Positions 27,501-36,243 of a DNA stretch of 64,000 bases are shown here, piece by piece. Each line of letters opens with the position of its first letter. Within the stretch, counting starts at the first letter, position 1. A program made the position numbers and the translations under genes. Below the pieces are notes generated by a model. The model saw only the letters and a list, made by a program, of their open reading frames with translations. It did not search any database and was not told the DNA's origin. The DNA is from Bacteroidales bacterium (GTDB taxonomy: Bacteria > Bacteroidota > Bacteroidia > Bacteroidales > WCHB1-69). The stretch is taken from positions 1,076 through 65,075 of the forward strand of contig JAKSMI010000003.1 in NCBI GenBank assembly GCA_024400635.1, in the 5' to 3' direction.

Positions 27501-29952
27501 CGATAGACTTATCCTCGGGAATGTTAATACCGCAAATATCAATAGCGGAAGAGTCAATGGCTCCCGTAGGGAATGTGACGGTTACCTTGTATGCTTTTTC
27601 TGAAATTTTATATTTTTTATTGCAGATGCTACTAATAACCTTACGGGTATAAGTATAGCTACCCGGGCACATATTGGCTGCGTTCAATTCGTAATTTTGA
27701 GTAGCAACGGAAGTACTTACTCCATTTTGCAACCATTCGTAAGTCACATTGCTACCCATATTTTCACCATTGATGGTAAGACTTACCTTAGTAGTAATTG
27801 TAGTGTCTTCCTTTGCATCAATGCGACCCGGATCTAACTGCACCCTCAACGTGTAGGTATTGGCTGAAACTTTCCATTTCGCATTATCGTGAGTGCTTAC
27901 TTTTACTTTTCGGGTGAAGACATAAGTGCTGTCCGGACAAAGACTGGCAGGAATAGAATAATCCTTAGACTCTGCAGCAGGTATTTCCATATTATTGCAG
28001 AACCACTTGTAATCTACATTAGCAATTGCTGTACCCTCGATTGTAATTGTTCCGTAATTATGAGCCACTGTACTATCGCCACCAACAATGCTGCCCGCAT
28101 CGGTACTTATGTTCACCTTGTACGTACCAGCAGAACGTGAGGAACCTCCGTCGTACTGACATTGCCCCGAAGACACGACGTTACGAGTGAACTCATACGT
28201 GCTGTCGGGACAAAGCGAATTTGCTGAAATGGTCAAGTCCTGACTACTTGCACCTGGTACAGGATGATTTTGACAATTCCAAGAATATACACTAGTTGGC
28301 ACATTTTCTCCGTGAATGGTTATTTCAGGATGATTGTGGGTATAAGATACAGTTTTGCTTTCAATGGTATCAAGAGCAATGCTTATTTTATAAACATTAT
28401 CACTTGATTGCCAACCACAAGGAGCGGCCATAACTTCGCGCTGATATTGCGATTGCTTATTTGGACAAATTAGAGAAGATGATCCCACAGTTAAATTCTG
28501 CCCAGTTGCTCCGTCAAGAACATCAGCGTCTTTTTTCCATCTATAAGTTGCACCAGTAATTGCGGAACCTTGAATAGAGAAACCATTGTTGAGGGCTCTT
28601 GCCGTAGTATCCTTGGCGGTAATGGCATTCGTTTCCACTTTATAAACAATGGTATAAGCGCCTTTAGACATTACCGTATCGCTCCAGTCACCATATTGGT
28701 TATTTCTAAAAGCAACAGAACGCTTAAACACGTAGGTACCTGCCTGGGTTAATATGCTGCTGCCCACCGGGCATTCGTTCACACCACTATTATTAATAGT
28801 ATGAGATTGGCCGCCATTATAAGTATAGTACCAAGTATATCTGAAATAAGACGCTCCCGTGGGATCGGCCAGACTTTTAACGGTATCCTTACCGCATACA
28901 GAGGACAATTCTCTAGTAGAAGTTGTAATTTCACCCGCATAGCACCAATGGGCATAAATATTGTGGTTTTCATTTTGAGTGCATTTCGTTGTAGCAGTTA
29001 CCTGCGTACCACTCGTAGCATGGGTAAACCAACCTAAGAATAGGTAACCTGGGCGAGTAGGGGTAGGCAAAGTACCATAATTGGTATTATATCTGACCTC
29101 TTTAGACGTAGGACTTACCGTTCCTCCACCGTTGAGATCAAATGTTACGGTAAGAATACGTATCTGGTAGGTAATGTGAACAGCACCGTTAGCACCGTTA
29201 CCGCCCTTAAAACTGCTGCTACCGTTTCTTCTACAAGCACCAGAACCGCCACCACCATAAGGTGTTCCCGCAGCACCATTAGAATTCGAATTACTAATTC
29301 CAGCGGCACCATCTCCTGAGTTATTAGCCACACCTGTTTTTCCATCACCTTTAGTTGCATTTGAGGCATCACCACCATTCGCTTCAGGTCCAGCTGCACC
29401 GCCGCCACCACCAGAATACGTACCAGCACTTCGACCACCCTTTCCGCCATTCTTATTTACTGTTCCATTGGAGGCTACACCGCCAGCACCTTGAGAACTA
29501 GTTGAGGTACTAGTACCGCCACCGCTACCGCCTGTTGCACGAACATAATAACTGTTTCCTGAAGATGGCCGAACATACGATTCTCCGCCGCCAGCACCCG
29601 CTGCAGCAGAATTACCAATACCTCCTTGCCCCACTATATAACGCACCGATGTAGATGTAGATGTACCTATACTAATAGCAGGGGTAGAAGCAGAGTATGC
29701 ACCACCGCCGCCACCACCTGCGCCACGGTTACTATTGACACCACCGCCGCCGCCACCAGCACCCCAGGCTTCCACCTTGGTAATTTGGTAAGCACCTGCA
29801 GGATGCGTGTTCCAAGTTTGTGCGGTATTAGTAGGATTCGTGAATCTCACCACGGTATCCTTTGTCGCATAGTTTTGCGGCTGCGCTGTTGCCGTACCTA
29901 TCAAGAGGCAGAGGAACAGCGTTAAGATTGAGGAAATAAATCCTTTTTTCAT
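24520..29952 (-). CDS. giant secreted protein (1810 aa), paralog of 16557-23474: signal peptide, polyglycine-rich N-domain, Listeria-Bacteroides repeat, Ig-like modules, internal FISUMP domain, four Fn3-like repeats, second C-terminal FISUMP domain
   Basis: MKKGFISSILTLFLCLLIGTATAQ signal. WNTHPAGAYQITKVEAWGAGGGGGG. LPTPTRPGYLFLGWFT. Internal CGEGHTVVDIDGNEYQTVRVGFNCWMKENL and C-terminal CGTEKVVDFDNNQYNTVLLGNQCWMAENL FISUMP starts. Confidence 0.85.
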   Translation of the reverse strand: MKKGFISSILTLFLCLLIGTATAQPQNYATKDTVVRFTNPTNTAQTWNTHPAGAYQITKVEAWGAGGGGGGVNSNRGAGGGGGGAYSASTPAISIGTSTSTSVRYIVGQGGIGNSAAAGAGGGESYVRPSSGNSYYVRATGGSGGGTSTSTSSQGAGGVASNGTVNKNGGKGGRSAGTYSGGGGGAAGPEANGGDASNATKGDGKTGVANNSGDGAAGISNSNSNGAAGTPYGGGGSGACRRNGSSSFKGGNGANGAVHITYQIRILTVTFDLNGGGTVSPTSKEVRYNTNYGTLPTPTRPGYLFLGWFTHATSGTQVTATTKCTQNENHNIYAHWCYAGEITTSTRELSSVCGKDTVKSLADPTGASYFRYTWYYTYNGGQSHTINNSGVNECPVGSSILTQAGTYVFKRSVAFRNNQYGDWSDTVMSKGAYTIVYKVETNAITAKDTTARALNNGFSIQGSAITGATYRWKKDADVLDGATGQNLTVGSSSLICPNKQSQYQREVMAAPCGWQSSDNVYKISIALDTIESKTVSYTHNHPEITIHGENVPTSVYSWNCQNHPVPGASSQDLTISANSLCPDSTYEFTRNVVSSGQCQYDGGSSRSAGTYKVNISTDAGSIVGGDSTVAHNYGTITIEGTAIANVDYKWFCNNMEIPAAESKDYSIPASLCPDSTYVFTRKVKVSTHDNAKWKVSANTYTLRVQLDPGRIDAKEDTTITTKVSLTINGENMGSNVTYEWLQNGVSTSVATQNYELNAANMCPGSYTYTRKVISSICNKKYKISEKAYKVTVTFPTGAIDSSAIDICGINIPEDKSIVSIEPAVAQNFEYIWMYSKNGAAFVKSEYASEGLSKEQLAGICSDVQDDDTYIIRRYAKLTNCEMDSVASKGSVKVYFMDMENDTLAAPAINVTYNYGENFIYRDSLPVPALWHRGVKRTDWIDTVLSPAAKIYPDPATMKVTVHWKIKDKCGFIHEKDQEVTCELPNCGEGHTVVDIDGNEYQTVRVGFNCWMKENLKTTRYADGTDVPDVRAYQGNEAYPDSAQNAQTFGLLYTWNDAVKNTISSGSDELIQGICPDGWYLPNAAQFEKMISIDVKSMRTQDYWLTLDGTNTTDFSMLPGGCYNHVHNRYENLLGNAYFWTSDSYSETEARTFEADCHCYQWQEIHASKTNAFSVRCIQAEEVSPVSLSVKTDTAFVDETNATLYGTVLDMSGVSSVNVGFKYGVSDAEMNSIIVKNEAMNAPGAFTCDLSGLSVGVKYSYKAFEAYGLDTVYGDIKHFVIATMAVTTDSASSIMMRGAKLYGNVKDLAKLSSVHAGFKYGTSEDALETLVNAAAPVAATGSYNCTLNGLTANTTYYYKAFEANGTDTVYGEVKSFKTLVMAVTTDSASSIMMRGAKLYGNVKDLAKLSSVHAGFKYGTSEDALETLVNAAAPVAATGSYNCTLNGLTANTTYYYKAFEANGTDTVYGEVKSFKTLVMAVTTDSASSIMMRGAKLYGNVKDLAKLSSVHAGFKYGTSEDALETLVNAAAPVAATGSYNCTLNGLAENTQYYFKAFVANGTDTVYGNVMSFTTMFACGTEKVVDFDNNQYNTVLLGNQCWMAENLRTKHFANGTAIEFHYYNNDYNNPGRYAPNAVNNEDVGTYGYLYNWYAVMNGAPATNANPSGVQGVCPNGWHVPSLAEWNVMVQFVKSQTGYRCNDIENNIAKALASTSDWTNVTTGACNVGYNQGTTNNASRFNAYPAGKITRGASQGSGRIRAQAEGYESKAYFWSTTTDGQSVPYLQNNSATLNYGNHIDYEVYSVRCVLNPVNN
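25230..26102 (-). repeat. in-frame 291-bp (97-aa) tandem repeat, 3 copies; copies at 25521-25811 and 25812-26102 are identical by eye
   Basis: The marker ccatcacaag recurs at 25521 and 25812, a 291-bp period. The third copy (25230-25520) is identical from about 25351 onward. A fourth, diverged copy follows at 26103 to about 26395. Confidence 0.9.
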
Positions 29953-30025
29953 AATTTAAATGTTTTAGTTAATATTTTTGGTTTTTATATTTCATCTTAC
30001 ACTTTACATCTATTTAGTTGTCGTG

Positions 30026-30033
30026 CAAAAATA
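30026..30033 (-). promoter_or_regulatory. candidate -7 box (TATTTTTG) of the 1810-aa gene
   Basis: The reverse complement of caaaaata matches TAnnTTTG. The context is conserved with 23540-23575. Confidence 0.5.
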
Positions 30034-30226
30034 AAAATTTTTCTTTACAAAATTAACAGTTTCTGTAAAAAAATATTAAAATACGTATTTTACTAATATT
30101 AAACACATTATGCTTATATTTAAGACTTTATGAACTTTAAAAACACACATTCTAACATATGTGGTCGTTGGAAAAAAGAAATATATTTTGCATTTGTTAC
30201 ATAGACACGTTTTTAGGGATATTACC

Positions 30227-30320
30227 TAACCGCTTGCAGCGACGAAGGAGGTGCTGGCGGCGGTGTGACGGTGAGGCGGCGGTGTGACGGTGAGACGGCG
30301 GTGTCTGAAAGACACCACGG
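30227..30320 (+). repeat. GC-rich multi-hairpin intergenic element, copy D
   Basis: taaccgcttgcagcgacgaaggaggtgctgg..., tandem ggcggtgtgacggtgag x2, and terminal ggtgtc-tgaaa-gacacc (30300-30316). Confidence 0.85.
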
Positions 30321-30377
30321 TTTCACCATTTACATCCTCCTACTAAACAATAAAATATCGTTCTACAATGAGGTAAA

Positions 30378-33300
30378 TTAATTATATAGAATCGTCACGT
30401 TGCCGCGCTTTTGGAAAGTGTCTCCATTAAGGCAAGTCCCTTCGAAATAATAATCGTAAACACCTTGTTCACAGTATTTTCCTTTAAAAGTTCCGTTCCA
30501 TCCCTTTTCCAACGAAGTGGTTTCAAACAGCAGCTCGCCCCAGCGGTTGTAAATCCGCAATACAAAGTTTTCCAAAATGCCGCTTCTGACATATAGCACA
30601 TCGTTTTTGCCATCGCCATTGGGTGTAAAAGTGTTGGGAATGAACACCAAAGGCTCTCCACAAATCAATGGTTCAACTTCAACTTCCACTTGTTTCGACA
30701 ATGTACAACCAAACTCATCCGTCACCGCGACAGTGTACATTCTTGTTTCGGAAGGTGTTGCATTAGTACTCGGACTGTGAGCATCGGTGAGCTCCGTGGC
30801 TGGCGTCCATTCGTAGGTATAATTTTGTCCATAATAGGTTGCCGTCAGCTGCGTTATTTCGCCTTCAACAATATGATTGGGTTCTGCCATTGCCTCCAAG
30901 GGATTTGGGAACGTCCCCACCCGTTTTATTACTGGGATATCTGCTGTTGCAGAGCATCCATATTCATTGGTAATCAAGATATTATAAGTCACAGATGCCG
31001 AAGGATGGACCCAAATATGTGCTGTTCCTTGCCCCGAAGAAACTTCGGTTTCCGGCTGCCAAAGATAGTTCAGTTGCAGGCCACCACTTGCCTGCACCGA
31101 CAAGCGAATACTATCTTCAAAGCAAATGCGTTGCGTTTCAGTCGGTTCAACATTTACTTGCGACACACTCACCATAATTTCACGTTCTATCGAACAAATA
31201 TCGCCATCAACTTTCAAAAAATAGTGCGTTTCAGAAGTAGGATTTACAGTAATACTATTCACATTTTCAGCAATAATCGTTGAGAAATCGGGTGTTGAAG
31301 ACCATTGAACATGTGATGGCAAGCCCGCAGTAACGACAAATGACAAAGTAACGGATTCGCCTAGGCAAATCGTTGTATCGTTGATGTTCGAAATTTGCAA
31401 ATCCTCAACTTCGACCGTTTGCATTAAAGTATCAGAACAAAAAGGCGTACTGATTATCAAAGTATAAGTAGTTGTTTGCAAAGGACTTGCGATAGGATTT
31501 GAGATAGTAGGGTTGCTCAAAGTCGCAGCGGGGTTCCAAAGATAACTAACGCCAGCTTCGCCACTGGGGGCGACACCTATCTGGGTAAAACTGCCTTTGC
31601 AAATGGCCTTTCCTTCGATAGTCTGACGACCACCTGTGAGCACCAGAATCGTACGAGCCACTGAATCGCTAATGTTGCAGCTGGCACTATCGACAATCGT
31701 CAGCACGGCGCGGTAAGTTCCTCCATGGGCATAAACGTGAGCCGGATTTCTTTCCGCAGAGAAAGTGCCGTCGCCAAAATTCCAATTAATCTGATAATTA
31801 TCACTTTGTGATTGAGAATGTTGTATAAAAAAAGCCGTATCGGGATAACAGACAATACTGGGGGCGTCGAAATCCGCAATAATCAGGGGGAGTTTGAAAT
31901 CCATTTTAACGACACCGAGATTGCAATTGGCACTTCCATTGGTTTCCGACCAAGCGCCGGGTGTCGTCGGGAAATTGTCGTCACCGCCGCAGCCGGCGCA
32001 GATGGCCTGGTAGATGCGACCCTTGCGATCAAAACGGCTGGTACCGCCATCAACATGCTCCCGAGAATGGGAACTTCCGAAAAACGAAGCATATAACGGA
32101 GACGTTCCGTCTTCGCGAAGGCAGAAAAAATAATAGTCGCTACCATCTGTCGTTGATTGGAAAGCGTCGGAAGTTGGGGGCAAGCCACTGGTACCGCCAA
32201 AGCCGTTGAGTTGCTGGCTCCCCCACCCTGACATATAAACCGTATTGCACAAATCGACGAGCAAGGCGGTGGGAGAAATGTCGGGTTGACCGCTGCCTGT
32301 TCCAAAAGCCGTTGACCAAAGTGCATTGTCGAGCTGCGGGCTCAAATGCGTCAGGAATTGTCCGCCCGATGGTTGGCTATAGAGCGCGTTCACCATCCAG
32401 GCACTGCCCTGACAGGCAGTTTGACCAAACACATAAGGATGACCTGAGCGGCTAAGTTTCAGCAAATAGCTTTGGTCGTAATCGTCTTTACCTATGTATG
32501 TCAATTGTAAAATGGCGTCACCATTTTCACTGACGTGTGCCACAAAACCGTCACAAGCGCCACCACCGAACTGCTGCTGCCAGGCCTGGCTGTGTACCGG
32601 CAAATCCTGCGAAGTGGTGCCACCGCACAGAAAGATGGTCTTGTCGGCGGCGACATCCAAACTATAGCAGGCGTCATCGCCCGAAGCGCCAATATAGGAA
32701 GACCATATCAGATGATTTAGATTTTGGTCGAATTTAAAGACACATCCCTCTTTGCCTTGCCCGAATAGGGGCTGAAAACTCTGTGCCGTCGTTGGGAAAT
32801 CATCCGAATAGGTACAGCTCACGACATAGACATTACTTTGGTCATCAATGACAATTTCGCCACGGGATTCGTCGGCATAATTCTTGCGCAACGGGCTGCC
32901 GGTATTCAAGCCGTCGTTGCTTGAGCCACCCAAAAAAGTCGAGGCAAGCAAGCTGTCGCCATCGGCACTGAATTTGGAAATGAAAATATCGCTGCCGTTA
33001 TTGTAAACCACCGCCGTGTTAACTATCAGATAAGATCCGCCGTTATATAGGGTATCATAAGCATTACGAGTTACGGGAAAAGTATAGGAACTTGTCGTTC
33101 CCAAAACATAAAGTTCGTCATTATCGTTGACAAACAGACTATGGGGACATTCCGACGACGTACCGCCCAAATAGGTAGCGTAGAGCAACTGGGTTCCCGT
33201 AGAGTCGAATTTGGAGATGGCCACGTCGCAGGCACCACCACCGTAGTCCACTTGGTAATGGTGAGGCGTATAAGGCGTTGGATAGCCCACACCAAAAGCG

Positions 33301-34172
33301 ATACCACCGCCATACAAGTTGCCATGATTATCATAGGTGGCGGTAAATCCCCAGTTATCGGCAGCAGAGCCACTATAGCTCGAAAAAATCAACTCAGGAT
33401 CGATGACCAAAGGGCGTTCTTCATCGTAAAATCCCAATTTGTAGGTAACAATATTTTTCTTCAACAGATATTGGCAATTCACAGGGATGGTATCACCTTG
33501 GTGCGAAAGCTGATAGGCAAACGGTGCCAGCTCGAGGGTTTGACCGACAGCGGTTTTCACCAGCAGGTTGCCATTCACAAGCGAGATGCGCTCTTGTCCA
33601 TCATACTGCAATTGAATCTTACTCACATCGGCGCCAGCCTCCACTTCAAAAGCATATTTCAGCAATCTATCATTCTGATAATAAACAAGATGAATACCAT
33701 CATACAAATTCTGGTAGCGAATACTTTCGAAAGCCGGCACATGAGAGGCCCAGCCGTTTGGATTCTTTCCATAGAAAAAATTGTAGTGATGAAAACAAGG
33801 AGAAGAACCTATGACTTTTGTATTCGGGTTTGGTTTTATGAATTTCAGTTGATAGTACGCGGCATCAATGAATTGCGGAGCTTTGACTTTTGAATCGAAC
33901 TTGGATTCGTAGAAGTCGGCAAGTTGCGAGCCGTTGAGGAAGACAAAAGTAATGCGGTCGGTTTCTGCGAAAAGGGCGCCGCCATTGAGTTTGGCTTTGT
34001 ACAGGACCTGTGATTCCCACTGTCCTTTGTTGGCAACGAATTCGAGACGGGAAACAGAGAGCGAATCGGCCTTATGAGCCACCGCCACATCACCGAAGGC
34101 AAAAAAAAGAATAAAACACATAAAAAAAATCGTCTTAGCGTTCATTTTTCCGATGCATTTATTCCTTTTCAT
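30378..34172 (-). CDS. T9SS type B sorting-domain (gliding-motility-associated C-terminal domain) cargo protein with SBBP beta-propeller repeats, a PKD domain and Ig-like repeats
   Basis: C-terminus VFIPNTFTPNGDGKNDVLYV....RIYNRWGELLFE....GWNGT..G....QGVYDYYF. YLGG(T/S)S.D repeats. NFGDGT....NP.H.Y..GGTY PKD motif. Confidence 0.85.
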   Translation of the reverse strand: MKRNKCIGKMNAKTIFFMCFILFFAFGDVAVAHKADSLSVSRLEFVANKGQWESQVLYKAKLNGGALFAETDRITFVFLNGSQLADFYESKFDSKVKAPQFIDAAYYQLKFIKPNPNTKVIGSSPCFHHYNFFYGKNPNGWASHVPAFESIRYQNLYDGIHLVYYQNDRLLKYAFEVEAGADVSKIQLQYDGQERISLVNGNLLVKTAVGQTLELAPFAYQLSHQGDTIPVNCQYLLKKNIVTYKLGFYDEERPLVIDPELIFSSYSGSAADNWGFTATYDNHGNLYGGGIAFGVGYPTPYTPHHYQVDYGGGACDVAISKFDSTGTQLLYATYLGGTSSECPHSLFVNDNDELYVLGTTSSYTFPVTRNAYDTLYNGGSYLIVNTAVVYNNGSDIFISKFSADGDSLLASTFLGGSSNDGLNTGSPLRKNYADESRGEIVIDDQSNVYVVSCTYSDDFPTTAQSFQPLFGQGKEGCVFKFDQNLNHLIWSSYIGASGDDACYSLDVAADKTIFLCGGTTSQDLPVHSQAWQQQFGGGACDGFVAHVSENGDAILQLTYIGKDDYDQSYLLKLSRSGHPYVFGQTACQGSAWMVNALYSQPSGGQFLTHLSPQLDNALWSTAFGTGSGQPDISPTALLVDLCNTVYMSGWGSQQLNGFGGTSGLPPTSDAFQSTTDGSDYYFFCLREDGTSPLYASFFGSSHSREHVDGGTSRFDRKGRIYQAICAGCGGDDNFPTTPGAWSETNGSANCNLGVVKMDFKLPLIIADFDAPSIVCYPDTAFFIQHSQSQSDNYQINWNFGDGTFSAERNPAHVYAHGGTYRAVLTIVDSASCNISDSVARTILVLTGGRQTIEGKAICKGSFTQIGVAPSGEAGVSYLWNPAATLSNPTISNPIASPLQTTTYTLIISTPFCSDTLMQTVEVEDLQISNINDTTICLGESVTLSFVVTAGLPSHVQWSSTPDFSTIIAENVNSITVNPTSETHYFLKVDGDICSIEREIMVSVSQVNVEPTETQRICFEDSIRLSVQASGGLQLNYLWQPETEVSSGQGTAHIWVHPSASVTYNILITNEYGCSATADIPVIKRVGTFPNPLEAMAEPNHIVEGEITQLTATYYGQNYTYEWTPATELTDAHSPSTNATPSETRMYTVAVTDEFGCTLSKQVEVEVEPLICGEPLVFIPNTFTPNGDGKNDVLYVRSGILENFVLRIYNRWGELLFETTSLEKGWNGTFKGKYCEQGVYDYYFEGTCLNGDTFQKRGNVTILYN

Positions 34173-34216
34173 ACTTGCGAAATAAGCTGATGTTTTCCAT
34201 TATTGAATTACGGTTG

Positions 34217-34224
34217 CAAATATA
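34217..34224 (-). promoter_or_regulatory. candidate -7 box (TATATTTG) for the T9SS type B cargo gene
   Basis: The reverse complement of caaatata matches TAnnTTTG, about 45 nt upstream of the ATG at 34172. Confidence 0.4.
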
Positions 34225-34271
34225 GTCAATTCTTTTAATATTATTTAATACGATATCTCAAGTTTTTTATG

Positions 34272-34279
34272 TACTTTTG
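34272..34279 (+). promoter_or_regulatory. candidate -7 box (TACTTTTG) for the SpoIIE-family phosphatase gene
   Basis: TAnnTTTG match about 55 nt upstream of the ATG at 34334. Confidence 0.4.
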
Positions 34280-34333
34280 CTGCTTGATATTATTATTCAT
34301 AATCACCTTTAGAAACAAACAACAGCAGCATCG

Positions 34334-36232
34334 ATGGGAGTACACAAATCATTTTCCACCAAACTGACAATCAGGATATTAACAGTCATCTCAATCTTAT
34401 TCATTCTAACCCTGTTATGTGTATCCATCACCTCTGGCATACTTCTATCCAGGGAAGCCTCAAGGTCGGCGAACAATGCGCTACAAGCATCCATCAACGA
34501 CATTGAGGAATCCATCAGTTCCATTGAAATCATCACTCAAAATTATGGCAACATCGCTGCTGAAAAGCTCAGAGATTCTTGTTTCACAAAAATCGTCACG
34601 GCAAAGATGGTCAAGAACAACAAATACATCTACGGCAGCACCATTGCCTTTGTCGTTTCGGACACCAATGGCACGGGGAAATACTCTCCATACTCCTACC
34701 AAGACGCTGATGGCAACATCCACCAACATCAGTTGGAAGACAATTACGATTATTGGAAATCCGAATGGTATTTGGAACCTCTCACAACCGGCAAGGCCAC
34801 TTGGAGCGAACCTTATTTCGACGAGGGCGGTGGAGAATGTCTGATGAGTACATACAGTTACCCATTAAAAGACATGAATGGGAATATCAATGCCATCATC
34901 ACGGCCGACATTCCGTTGGATTGGATTAAGAACAAGACAGATAAAGTCCATCCCTACGAACATAGTTTTGCCACAATGCTCAGCAAGAGCGGGTATTTTC
35001 TATCAACCAACAAAGAAGCCCTTGACAGCAATTTCACGGTGCTGGAAATGTGCGAGAAGATGGGTAACCCCAAAGTGACGGAAATGATTAACAATATGCT
35101 TGCCGGGAAAACGGGCAAGGCCATTTTCTCGGACAATGGGAAGAGCTACTTTGCGGTTTACGGACCCTTCAAGAACGGCTGGTCCATGTCCATCACCAGC
35201 GAACACGAGGATGTACTATCAGACATGCACAAGATGCACCTCATGCTGATCATCATCGGCATCATCGGTTTGATTATCATGATTGTCATATGCAACCATA
35301 TGATCCGGCACATCACGCAGCCACTGACGGAATTCTCCGTTTCGGCCATGAACATGGCGAAAGGCAATTTCAATGCACAGCTGCCAGAAATCAAGTCGGA
35401 AGACGAGATGCGACGGATGCATGATTCTTTGTCCTACATGCAGAAATCCATCAACACTTACATCAGCGAGTTGAAGGCCACCTCAAGCGCCAACGAACGC
35501 ATGGAAAGCGAGCTCAACATTGCCCGTAACATCCAGTTGGGCATGCTTCCCAAGGACTTTCCCAACAGCGAACTGTGCCGTATCCACGCTATGTTGATAC
35601 CAGCCAAAGAGGTCGGTGGAGACCTATACGACTTCAACATCAACAAAGACTATCTGTATCTGACCGTTGGCGATGTGTCGGGCAAAGGTGTGCCGGCATC
35701 CTTGGTGATGGCAATTATATTGTCAGCCCTACGTTTCTTCTACAGCCTTGATTTTTCGATGAAGAGAATCATAGAAGTCGTCAACAGCAATGTAGCGCAC
35801 AACAACGACACAGGGATGTTCTGTACGATGTTTTTAGCACGTATCAATCTAAAAACCAAGAAGATGGAATACTGCAATGCAGGACACAACCCCATTATCA
35901 TCATACCAGCCGACCCACAGGAGAAGCCATATTATCACAAAGCAAAATCTAATCTCGCCCTTGGTTTGATTGAAGATTTTACCTACGAAGAAGAGTATAT
36001 GGAACTTGCTCCCGGCACGCGTCTGATACTTTATACCGATGGCGTCACCGAAGCGGAAACCAGGAAAAAGTTACTTTTAGGTGAAGAGCGACTTTTAGAG
36101 TTAATTTCCACTGATGAATTCCGCCAACTCAATCCGGAAGGAATGGTCAATGCCATTTACGCTGCTGTTAAGAATTTTACGAATAATATTGAAGCCAACG
36201 ATGACATAACCCTTTTGGTCGTTGAATTATAA
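34334..36232 (+). CDS. membrane sensor PP2C (SpoIIE/RsbU-type) serine phosphatase with extracytoplasmic Cache-like domain and HAMP linker
   Basis: Two TM helices flank a roughly 270-aa sensor domain. The C-terminal ..GGDLYDF....YLYLTVGDVSGKGV...NAGHNP....LILYTDGVTEA pattern matches the SpoIIE/PP2C family. Confidence 0.8.
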   Translation: MGVHKSFSTKLTIRILTVISILFILTLLCVSITSGILLSREASRSANNALQASINDIEESISSIEIITQNYGNIAAEKLRDSCFTKIVTAKMVKNNKYIYGSTIAFVVSDTNGTGKYSPYSYQDADGNIHQHQLEDNYDYWKSEWYLEPLTTGKATWSEPYFDEGGGECLMSTYSYPLKDMNGNINAIITADIPLDWIKNKTDKVHPYEHSFATMLSKSGYFLSTNKEALDSNFTVLEMCEKMGNPKVTEMINNMLAGKTGKAIFSDNGKSYFAVYGPFKNGWSMSITSEHEDVLSDMHKMHLMLIIIGIIGLIIMIVICNHMIRHITQPLTEFSVSAMNMAKGNFNAQLPEIKSEDEMRRMHDSLSYMQKSINTYISELKATSSANERMESELNIARNIQLGMLPKDFPNSELCRIHAMLIPAKEVGGDLYDFNINKDYLYLTVGDVSGKGVPASLVMAIILSALRFFYSLDFSMKRIIEVVNSNVAHNNDTGMFCTMFLARINLKTKKMEYCNAGHNPIIIIPADPQEKPYYHKAKSNLALGLIEDFTYEEEYMELAPGTRLILYTDGVTEAETRKKLLLGEERLLELISTDEFRQLNPEGMVNAIYAAVKNFTNNIEANDDITLLVVEL

Positions 36233-36243
36233 ATGATACTGCT

